In this document: piece by piece, positions 1 to 8,500 of the stretch | How the letters are laid out: every line of letters begins with the position of its first letter | Numbering within the stretch: the stretch's first letter is position 1 | Origin: an uncultured Solirubrobacterales bacterium | Lineage (GTDB): Bacteria; Actinomycetota; Thermoleophilia; Solirubrobacterales; Solirubrobacteraceae | Assembly (NCBI GenBank): GCA_963704555.1 | Contig: OY969921.1 | Coordinates: forward strand, 2,805,600-2,869,599 | Length of the DNA: 64,000 bases | Direction: 5' to 3' | Notes under the pieces: model-generated | What the model was told of the DNA's origin: nothing | Databases searched by the model: none | Seen by the model: the letters and a program-made list of their open reading frames with translations, nothing else | Made by a program: the position numbers and the translations under genes

Positions 1-48
1 CCGGACGGTGCATGCACCGTCCGGGACATCGCCGCATGCGGCGATGTC
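1..48. repeat. two adjacent perfect 24-nt palindromes, each centred on CATG (CCGGACGGTGCATGCACCGTCCGG ; GACATCGCCGCATGCGGCGATGTC)
   Basis: Read directly; both are exact reverse-complement palindromes. They lie just 3' of the minus-strand gene ending at 64. Same design as the array at 38077-38216. Confidence 0.9.
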
Positions 49-63
49 TTCCTGATTATTTGG

Positions 64-1134
64 TCAAAGGACCCGGCGCGCCCAGGTGAAACTTTCGGCA
101 AGCCAACCGGACGTGAGCGGCAACACGTAGACCCCCTGATCGGAGGAGTGAATCGCCCATTGGGCGCTGAGCGCTATCCCCTCGTGGATCACGTTCGACT
201 CCGTCGCCGTCGCATCGAAGCTCGCCGAGCCGAAGAACAGCAGGTCGCCCGGTTGCACGTCTTCCCGGTGGATGCGGCTGCTCTTGGGGATTTCACCGGC
301 CTGTTCGGCGGCGGTGCGCCCGCGGATGCTCTTGCCCCACGACAGGCCCGAGACCTTGTAGACACGCCAGGCAAAGCCCGAGCAGTCATAGCCCCCGCGT
401 TCCAGGCCGTCTGCCGTATTGTCGGTCGTCCCGCCCCACACGTAGGGCATGCCGATCTTGGACACCGCGATGCGCAAAACCTCACGCTGAGCGGAGCTGT
501 ACCGCGGCAGCGAGAAGCCTTCGAGCACTTCGCGCGCTCCAGTGAGAGCCCAGCTTTCAAGTCCCAGCACGACCGCGAAGGAGTGGGCCGCTTCGGCGCG
601 CGTGATCGCGTTCCACGGGTAAAGCTCCAAGGAGTCTTCGCCCGCCGGGTGGTTGTAGCGCAGGCCCAGATAGCGGGCGAGAACCTCGCTGCCGAAGTAG
701 CTGGGCGGCATGAGACCGGCGGCGACGGCAACCTGCTGGACGTGTTCAGCGACGTCGCCGAGGCCCAGTTGGTCGACGAGCAGCGCGTCGAAGCGCACGA
801 GCGTGATCGGGACGTTGGCCTGAAAAGCAATCGGCGCGACTTCCTCGCGTGTGGCAATCGCCGCCAGCGCGGTGCTCTCGGCCTGGGCGCTCAGTGGGGC
901 GGCACCGGCAAAGCCCGCGCCGGGCGCTTCGCTCATCAGCCCGCCGCCGAGGACCAGCTGCTGCTGAGCGCTGTCCCAATTGGCGGCCGTCAGCTTTTTG
1001 CTCGTCGCGGCCGACGCCGAGGAGCCCATGCCGACGCCGACCGCACCCACGCCTGCCAGCGCGACTGTGCAGCCCAGCACAAGCGCAAACCTGCGCGGCA
1101 AGAACGAACGAACTCGTGAGCTCACATCGAGCAC
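64..1134 (-). CDS. secreted NlpC/P60-family peptidoglycan hydrolase
   Basis: 356-aa ORF. N-terminal signal-like segment FALVLGCTVALAGVGAVGVGMGSSASA. C-terminal NlpC/P60 core with Cys in GGYDCSGFAWRVYK and His in VIHEGIAL. Confidence 0.8.
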   Translation of the reverse strand: MLDVSSRVRSFLPRRFALVLGCTVALAGVGAVGVGMGSSASAATSKKLTAANWDSAQQQLVLGGGLMSEAPGAGFAGAAPLSAQAESTALAAIATREEVAPIAFQANVPITLVRFDALLVDQLGLGDVAEHVQQVAVAAGLMPPSYFGSEVLARYLGLRYNHPAGEDSLELYPWNAITRAEAAHSFAVVLGLESWALTGAREVLEGFSLPRYSSAQREVLRIAVSKIGMPYVWGGTTDNTADGLERGGYDCSGFAWRVYKVSGLSWGKSIRGRTAAEQAGEIPKSSRIHREDVQPGDLLFFGSASFDATATESNVIHEGIALSAQWAIHSSDQGVYVLPLTSGWLAESFTWARRVL

Positions 1135-1239
1135 ATCCCCCCATCGACTAGGCAGAGTGCTGCTTGAGCGTCGTTACAGCCCACTGGCCATCGGTTCGGG
1201 CGCTCACCGCCTGCCTCGGCCCTCCTGCAACCGTCTGTG

Positions 1240-1285
1240 CAAAAAGGGGCGATGCCCCGCGCGCGCGTGCGGGGCATCGCCCCTT
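1240..1285 (-). terminator. intrinsic terminator of the sigma/DGPF operon
   Basis: 17-bp perfect stem AAGGGGCGATGCCCCGC / GCGGGGCATCGCCCCTT (1244-1260 / 1269-1285) with an 8-nt loop. On the minus strand it is followed by TTTTTG. It lies about 110 nt 3' of the stop at 1399. Confidence 0.7.
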
Positions 1286-1398
1286 GGAGCAAATACCACT
1301 GGGCCCGAGGACATCAAAGACCACCGCGCCCGACGACATTTGCGTATTACCGACTCGCCCCACACGGGCAACCCCCTCTTGGGGCACAGGCTGTCCCC

Positions 1399-2694
1399 CT
1401 AGAGCGCGGTGAGTCGGCCCTGCAGAAATCGCCGCTCGGGCTCGGAGCGAACGAGCTGGAGCGCTTGCTCAAATGCCTCGCGGGCTTCGGCCGACCTGTC
1501 GAGACGGCGCAGCAGCTCAGCACGAGCGGCATGGAAGTAGTGGTAGTCGTCCAGGCCGTCCAGCCGGTCGATACTTGCCAATCCCTCAGCTGGCCCCTGA
1601 GCTTCAGCCAACGCGACGGCCCGGTTGAGCTCGATCACCGGGGAGGGCGCCAGTCGCGCAAGCTCGTCGTAGAGCGCGGCGATTTGTGGCCAGTCGCGAG
1701 TGCTCTCGGTGTGCAGCGAGGCGATCGCCGCTTGCAACGTGTAGAGCCCGCCATGCACACCTCCGCGCACACTTCCGGCCCCGTGCCCGCCCACGTTTCC
1801 GCCCACACGTGCGTGCCCGGCGCCGCCCAACGCCAGTGCGCGTTGCAGCGCTGCGCGGCCCGCGTCGACCTGTTCGCCGTCCCACAAGCCCCTATCCTGA
1901 TCGGCGAGCAGCACAAGCTCGCCGTCGCGGAAGCGCGCCGCGCGGCGTGAATCGTGCAGCAGCATCAGCGCCAGCAGACCGCTCGTCTCGGGCTCGTCGG
2001 GCATCAGCTCGACAAGTGCCGCACCGAGACGGATCGCCTCGGCCGCCAACTCGCCGCGGCCGTCATAGCCCTCGTTGAAGATCAGATAGACGACCGCCAG
2101 CACTGCGTCCAGGCGCTCGGGGAGCAAATGCGCCGGCGGAATCCTGAAAGGGATGCCGGCAGCCTTGATCTTGCGCTTGGCGCGCACCAGCCGTTGCGCC
2201 ATCGTCGCCTCAGGCACGAGGAACGCACGCGCAATCTGCTCGGTCTTTAGGCCGCCGAGCGTGCGCAACGTGAGCGCGACCTGCGCGTCGGTCGCAAGTG
2301 CTGGATGGCAGCAGGTGAAGATCAGCTCCAAGCGCTCATCGGAAAACGTCGTGTCTTGCATCTCCTGCTCCACCGTCTCCTGAAGGTCGAGCTGCTTGTA
2401 CTTGGCCAGCAGCGTCCGGTCGCGGCGAATCCGGTCGATCGCACGGTTGCGGGCCGTCGTGATGAGCCAAGCGCCCGGGTTGGCCGGCACGCCGTCGTGC
2501 GCCCAGCGCTCTGCCGCCGTCGCAAACGCCTCCTGCACGGCTTCCTCGGCGAGGTCGAAGTCACCGAGGAAACCGATCAGCGCAGCGAGCACCCGGCCCC
2601 ACTGCTCGCGGAAGACCCGCTCTACCGATGGCTCGGCAGCGAACGCTCCGCTCGATCGGGGAGCTCCCTCAGTCAGCGCTTGCACCTCGTCCAA
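1399..2694 (-). CDS. ECF sigma factor with long C-terminal extension (ECF42-type)
   Basis: 431-aa ORF. Sigma region 2 ([18 protein letters not shown]) and region 4 ([36 protein letters not shown]), then a ~200-aa helical extension. Directly preceded by a DGPF/YciI gene. Paralogue at 45718-46977. Confidence 0.85.
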   Translation of the reverse strand: MDEVQALTEGAPRSSGAFAAEPSVERVFREQWGRVLAALIGFLGDFDLAEEAVQEAFATAAERWAHDGVPANPGAWLITTARNRAIDRIRRDRTLLAKYKQLDLQETVEQEMQDTTFSDERLELIFTCCHPALATDAQVALTLRTLGGLKTEQIARAFLVPEATMAQRLVRAKRKIKAAGIPFRIPPAHLLPERLDAVLAVVYLIFNEGYDGRGELAAEAIRLGAALVELMPDEPETSGLLALMLLHDSRRAARFRDGELVLLADQDRGLWDGEQVDAGRAALQRALALGGAGHARVGGNVGGHGAGSVRGGVHGGLYTLQAAIASLHTESTRDWPQIAALYDELARLAPSPVIELNRAVALAEAQGPAEGLASIDRLDGLDDYHYFHAARAELLRRLDRSAEAREAFEQALQLVRSEPERRFLQGRLTAL

Positions 2695-2703
2695 AGATGA
2701 GCA

Positions 2704-3066
2704 CTACCAACCCGCCTCCACCAGCGGGCGTACCTCGATCGCGCCGCCCATGCTCGCGGCCGGCACGCGCGCGGCCAGCTCGATCGCGGCGTCGAGATCC
2801 TCGGCCTCGAAGAAGAGGTAGCCGCCGAGCGCCTCCTTTGTCTCCACGAACGGGCCATCGGTGCTCAGCGTCTTGCCATCCTTGACCTGCACGGTGGTCG
2901 CTGTGTCGGGGTCACCCATCCGCACACCGGGGGTGACGCCTGGGGTCTCGTTGATTGCCTTGTAGGCGCCGTAAACCGCCCCATGCTCCTTGGCGGAGAG
3001 GCTGTCCCACTCAGGCGTTCCCGGCACCGGCGTGGTGCCTTGATGTATCAGCAACATGTATTTCAT
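2704..3066 (-). CDS. YciI/DGPF-family protein
   Basis: ORF 2704-3096. Preferred start is ATG 3066 (MKYMLLIHQG), with GGAGGA 5 nt upstream. Family hallmark LSTDGPFVETKEALGGYLFFEAEDLDAAIELAARVP. Confidence 0.8.
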   Translation of the reverse strand: MKYMLLIHQGTTPVPGTPEWDSLSAKEHGAVYGAYKAINETPGVTPGVRMGDPDTATTVQVKDGKTLSTDGPFVETKEALGGYLFFEAEDLDAAIELAARVPAASMGGAIEVRPLVEAGW

Positions 3067-3156
3067 CGTTTCCTCCGTCTCAGAGTACGTTGACACCCTT
3101 AGGACGAACGATCCTCAGCGATTTCGACAGCTGCTGAGATCTAGCTCAGTGCGATG

Positions 3157-4239
3157 TTAGAGCCCATCGGACGCGAGCCCATCGGACGCGAGCCCGTCGG
3201 ACGCGAGCTGGTCGGACGCGGGCCTATCGGACGCGAGCTCGTCGGCCGCGGGCCCATCGGACGCGAGCTCGTCGGACGCGCAGAGCTCAGCCCAAACAGC
3301 CTTGCCTTGCGCTGTGCCTTCAGCGCCCCAGCGAAGCGACAGAGTCTCCACAAGACACAGCCCGTGCGTTGGCTGGGGGTTCAAGCCGCCGCCGCGAGCC
3401 ACAACACTCAGCGGGCTTGCGTCATGAACGGCGATGCGCAGGAGCGAGTCCTCGAGCGTCACCGAAAGAGAGAACGACGAGGCCGCGTGCAGCACCGCAT
3501 TGGTCGCAAGCTCGCTCACGACGACCGCCGCGTCCTGCAGAAGGCTGAGGCTACAGCCCCACTCCAACAAGGCGCCGAGCACGAGCCGGCGCGCCTGCCT
3601 AGGCGATGCGCGTTCAGCCGCGAACTCTGCCAGGAGCTTCCTTGCCGACGGTGCTTCTGGCCCGCGTAGATCATTTCCCCTCACACCATGCAACACCGAT
3701 GAGTGCAGATGACAGACCTGATGTAGCGCCTGCGCATGCTCAGCTCCGGAGACCGATGCCGCCGGGTAGGCGCAGTACAGGGAAAACGGCAACTCGCAAC
3801 CAAGGTCGTTCCACAGGGTCTCCAACTCGATCGCTCCAACGACGTCCCCGGCATCCCAGAGCAACGAGACCATCTCGCCGTAGGCACGGATGGCGCGACC
3901 AGACTCAGCCGCGCTGCGCAGAAGTCCACCGACAACCTCGTGGAAGGCGTCGCGATCGATTTGGCCATCGCGCATGAAAGCCGCCATCGTGGTGGCCGCA
4001 TCGAGGAAGACGAGCCTTTCGCCGGCACGGGCCTCGGCTGTGTCGATGCCGATCGTCTCGAGCGCCATGGCGAACGCGTCGCGGTGAGCTTCTGTGGCGA
4101 TCACGATCGCCACCTCGTCGGCCGCGACGCCGGCAGCGACATAGCCCGCCACGGCTTCGACCAACTCGGGGACGTGCTCGTAGAAATGGACGACATGGCC
4201 GCCGCCGTCAAACGATACGTCGTATGTCTGAGTAACCAT
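3157..4239 (-). CDS. MEDS-domain protein fused to an RsbW/SpoIIAB-like anti-sigma kinase domain, with a pentapeptide-repeat tail
   Basis: 360-aa ORF. N-terminal MEDS-like segment HVVHFYEHVPELVEAVAGYVAAGVAADEVAIVIATEAH. C-terminal HATPase-like segment (VVVSELATNAVLHA ... LRIAVHDASP ... HGLCLVETLSLRWG). Ends in an ASD(G/Q/R/E)(L/P) repeat tail. Confidence 0.7.
   Translation of the reverse strand: MVTQTYDVSFDGGGHVVHFYEHVPELVEAVAGYVAAGVAADEVAIVIATEAHRDAFAMALETIGIDTAEARAGERLVFLDAATTMAAFMRDGQIDRDAFHEVVGGLLRSAAESGRAIRAYGEMVSLLWDAGDVVGAIELETLWNDLGCELPFSLYCAYPAASVSGAEHAQALHQVCHLHSSVLHGVRGNDLRGPEAPSARKLLAEFAAERASPRQARRLVLGALLEWGCSLSLLQDAAVVVSELATNAVLHAASSFSLSVTLEDSLLRIAVHDASPLSVVARGGGLNPQPTHGLCLVETLSLRWGAEGTAQGKAVWAELCASDELASDGPAADELASDRPASDQLASDGLASDGLASDGL
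3160..3279. repeat. 15-bp tandem repeat x8 (GAGCCCATCGGACGC and variants) inside the 3' end of the CDS
   Basis: Read directly: eight consecutive 15-mers. They encode the C-terminal pentapeptide tail on the minus strand. Confidence 0.9.
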
Positions 4240-4279
4240 GAGTAGCTCTCTACCCCGAATTGAGCATCTTGAACTGGGT

Positions 4280-5086
4280 TCAGCTGACTGTGTAGCGCAC
4301 AGGTATCTCGCGCTCGGATTGCTTCGGTGGACGCTTGTACTTGCGACGTTGGCGCGGCGGGAGCTTGATCTTCTTAGTCTTGTCGGGGTGCTGGTAGGGG
4401 ATCAGTGAGAGTAGGTGGCTGATGAGGTTGAGTCTGGCGGTGCGCTTGTCGTCTGCCTCGACGACATGCCACGGGCTGTGGTCGGTGTCGGTGCGGGCGA
4501 ACATGCGGTCCTTCGCCTCAGCGTAGTCAACCCAACGCGCTCGGGCCTGTAGGTCGGTCGGGCTGAACTTCCAATGCTTGCGCGGGTCCGTCAGACGCTT
4601 CTCAAAGCGGCGCTCCTGCTCCTCGTCTGAGACCGACAGCCAATACTTTATGAGCGTGATCCCTTCGTTCTGCAACGACTGCTCGAACTGGGGACAGAAG
4701 CGCAGGAACTCCTCGTACTCCTCGGAGGTGCAATAGCCCATCACATGCTCGACGCCCGCCCGGTTGTACCAGCTGCGGTTGAACAGGGCGATCTCTCCGG
4801 CCGGCGGCAGATGGGCTGCGTAGCGTGCGAAGTACCACTGTGTGCGCTCCCGCTCGTCGGGAGCCGGCAAGGCCACGACGCGACAGGTGCGCGGGTTCAG
4901 GTAGGCCGTGATTCGCTTGATCGCACCGTCCTTGCCGGCGGTGTCGCGGCCCTCGAAGAGCACCACCAGCCGACGGCGCTGAGTAACGATCCACTCCTGC
5001 ATGTAGACCAGCTCTGTCTGCAGGCGCAACAGCTCCCTCTCGTACTGCTTGCCGCTCAACTGTTGGGGAGCTGACACCATTGCCAT
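4280..5086 (-). CDS. ppk2: polyphosphate kinase 2
   Basis: 268-aa ORF with PPK2 hallmarks VVLFEGRDTAGKDGAIKRI, WYFARY and LFNRSWYNRAGVEHVMGY. Confidence 0.9.
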   Translation of the reverse strand: MAMVSAPQQLSGKQYERELLRLQTELVYMQEWIVTQRRRLVVLFEGRDTAGKDGAIKRITAYLNPRTCRVVALPAPDERERTQWYFARYAAHLPPAGEIALFNRSWYNRAGVEHVMGYCTSEEYEEFLRFCPQFEQSLQNEGITLIKYWLSVSDEEQERRFEKRLTDPRKHWKFSPTDLQARARWVDYAEAKDRMFARTDTDHSPWHVVEADDKRTARLNLISHLLSLIPYQHPDKTKKIKLPPRQRRKYKRPPKQSEREIPVRYTVS

Positions 5087-5544
5087 CCTCGCACTTCTGG
5101 GATCGACTGAGCCGAGCCGGACAGCTCGGCGGTGTCTTACCGGGCCAAGCGTAGAGTCTCGAACTGTGATCGACGATACGACCGCGACGCCTTCGGTACA
5201 GGGGTCGCCGACGACAAGTTAAGGAAACGCTTTTACACACTAGAACGTTCGTCCAGAGCCACGACCCAAATATGTGCAATTTGCGTGCTTTCTGAGCTGT
5301 ACCACTAGCGACAAACATACGCGCGGGTTACCTTGCTGGTCTGCGATCGATACCGACAACCGATACTTCACCCTGGACGCAGGCTCTCCGGGACGCGGGA
5401 CTGCCCGTCGAGGCCGATCCGACCGCGACAGATCTGCTTGCCCAGCTCGATCTTGGGGAAACGCCCTCACCCACAGGCGAAGCGTCATCTCCCGTCGGCG
5501 ATAGCGAAGAACCGTCTGCCCCTCTCCTCGTAAAGCGCCAGGAG

Positions 5545-8500
5545 TTGCCGTTCCGCGTCCCGGTCGAGCTGAACATCCCCGGTCTCGGCGCAAGCCCGGT
5601 TCAGCCGCAGCACATCCTCGGCCCGCTTCCCGGCCTCACGGGAATTCATTGGTTCGAACTATTTGGCCCAGAGGACGCATATACGATCTACGCCGGCGGC
5701 GAGACTCGCCCAGTGCTGGTACTCACAGAGGCGCGACTGCCACGATTCGAGCTCGGTCTCCATCCTGGCAGCTCCTACACGGTCGAGATCTCCGGTGGCA
5801 CCGTGTGGATTCTCGCCTCTGCGCTGGATCCGGCTCTGCCCGCCGAGCGCTACCTAGGCTTCACCGTTGCCTCCGGAAGTCTCGTGTTGAAAAGCGCACC
5901 CGCGGTGACAGGCCGGCAGCTCACCCTCACGGGCCCACTGGAAGGGACACTCCAAGTCAAGCCCACGACAGCTGATGCCCCGAGCGCAGGCGAATGCCAG
6001 GCAGGCGTGACAATCGATCCACCAAGCAAGGTAACCGTCGCCTGGGGCTCTGGAGGACCTCCCCAACTAGAGCTCGGCAACGGCAGCGCGAGCTTCGCGG
6101 GTGAGACCGTCAAGTTCAGCAAATATCAGTCTTCGATCGAGGCGCAGCCCGCGCTCGATGCTGTGCTCTTCGAATATCAAGCGAGCCCCAAAAAGCTGGA
6201 CTTGGGTGCGCTGTCGAACGACCTCCTGACCGTCGAAGGGGAAACGTCGATCAAGGGCGGCTGGGCACTGACGCTCAACGAGCCATCGAACCCCGATCTT
6301 CCAGGGGAGGCAAGCGGTCCAGGGTTCTATCTGCTCTTTCCACAAGAACCGGTCGCGGCCCGGTGGCCGGGGTTGAGCGCTCCCGTGACGCTCAACCAGG
6401 CGACTGTCACGTTGAACGAGGGACAGCTCACGCTCGGCTCCAGCCACACCACGAGCAGAGAAGCCGCGGAGGAGACACTTCAGCTCTATGGCCTGCGGGA
6501 CGAACCGAGCGCACCGCGCCTACCGCTCGAGCTGAGCTTCGGCCCGGCGGACTTCACCTTCGCATACGTGTGTGACGCAGAACATGGTGAAGGTCTGTAC
6601 GCGACCTGCGCGGCGAATCTGCGAATCGATCGTCCGATCGATCTCGCGGGGCGCCCGCTCTCTTTGGGCGAGGCCACCCCGGCGCTGTTTGCCCTGGAGC
6701 GGCGCGAAGGCGTGACGAACGTAGAGGCGATCGGACTCGCCGCCGCACTCACAAGCCCGGCTGGGCTTGGCCGTCGCCTGCTCGCGCTGCGCAACGCGCT
6801 GTTGGCAGTAACAGAGCCCGCGATGTTCTTGCTGCGCGGGACGCTGAGCGCCCCGAGCACGGTCGATGCCGGGCGTCTGGAGTTGGTGCTCGGTAGCGAG
6901 GGTTGGCTGCCCACCCTGCCCGATCCATATGTCTCGAATCTAGGGCGCGGGGTGCGCGGATCGCTTGGCGAGCGCGCCATGACGCGCATTGCGATCGCCC
7001 AGTGTGCATGGCAAGAGCCTGAGCACCCTGTGTTGAGCTTCCACGGCCTGCTGTCCGCACCCGCCGCCACACCCGCCGAGGCTCCCGAAGGCACACCCCG
7101 TGCGCTCACCCAGGGCGAGGGGCAGGTGCTTGTGCCGACCCAGACCCAACAAGGCAGCACGTTGCAGAGTGGAGACCGTTTGAGCGTGCGCGCGTTGGGG
7201 GCCGAGCCTTTCGCGAGTCACGCCTCAGCTGAGCGCGGCGAGGAATTCGCGCTTCAAGAAAGGCAACTCGTGGCCATGCAGGCGCTCGCTCGCGAGACGA
7301 TCCCGGACCTCGGAGAAGGTCTGCGGCTGCTCGACGTGTCCACCAACAAGGACCTGCTCGGCGTCGAGATCGGTGTCGAGGAGACACAAGAGTCGAGTAG
7401 CTTCGCCGCCGCGGCACTGCCGGTTAGCGTGTCGGAGGGCGACACGTTCGCGCTCGAGGGCATGGACGTGTGCACACCCGCCTCGAACTTGCGGGTATTC
7501 ACGCTGCCACAGGTGCAGTGGGAGCCGGTGCGCACGCTCGACGTGGATCAAGACCTCGCGCACATCGGCTTCTTTCCAACGCCGTTGGCCTCCGCCACAG
7601 ACGGTGGCGCGACCGTCTTTGGGGTGCGCTCCACGCGACTGGTCGCCGCCATCCCCGACATCGCGGTGGACGCGGCGCTCGAGGAGTTCACAGGCGGTAG
7701 GGGCCTGGGAATGCTCACCACGCTGCCCTTCGGGATCAAGGCGCTGCTCACTCTGCGCCCGACGGAATCCTCGGGCGGGCGAGCCCCCGACAGCATCTCT
7801 CGCAACCAGCCCGACTTCTCCACTCAGGCGTTGCGAGGCGGGGCCCAGCTGGCACTCGTCGCGGAGTCGGGGCCGAGCACGGGGCCGATGTCGAGCAGCT
7901 TCGAAGGCGCGACGCTACAGCTGCTCAATGGTGTGTCGCTCCAGAGCGGCGCGCCGCTGAATATCAGCGTGCTCGGCAGCCCGCTCGATCCCACCGACAG
8001 CGTGCAGCGAATCTTCAACGACGAGTTCGGCCCGAGCAGCGAACATCGCCGAGTTCCAGTCACGCGCCTGGATATCTCCGGCTACGGCGAGTCTACCTTC
8101 AGCGAGTGGCTGCATCCAAGCGCCGCCTACGCACAGACAGCCAAGGCGCAGTTCGAGGTTATGGTCGGACGCGCGGCGCTCGAGGTGATCAAGGTCGCCT
8201 CGATCCTCTATCCATGGGGAATACGCCTGACACGCACGGTGACGATCGAACGCACCGCAGGCGCCGGGGTGATCCGCCGCGACAGCGGCTGGCAGGCCAG
8301 CTCCCCAGGGGTGTTCAACTTCCCGCCGGGCGAATCCGCGGCCGCTCCCTATCTCGTGGAGCCGGGACTCCTGCAGGGATTGTTTAACGTTCGCAACATT
8401 CGTCCCACAGGTGGGCTGCCGGTGGAATTCGTCGCGAAAGAAAGCGGCAAGCAGGTGATCCTCACCCCGAAGTATTTCGACGCCGATGCGCACATCGATG

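Noticed and set aside
148-1119. 323-aa plus-strand ORF, together with several nested ORFs, overlapping the NlpC/P60 gene
   Set aside because: It is antisense to a gene with clear catalytic motifs and has an Arg/Ala/Gly/Pro-dominated composition. This is a typical shadow ORF of high-G+C DNA.
5296-5544. In-frame upstream extension of the first giant ORF
   Set aside because: The frame is open after the TGA at 5293, but it holds no ATG/GTG/TTG before 5545, so I did not extend the CDS. A non-canonical start cannot be excluded.
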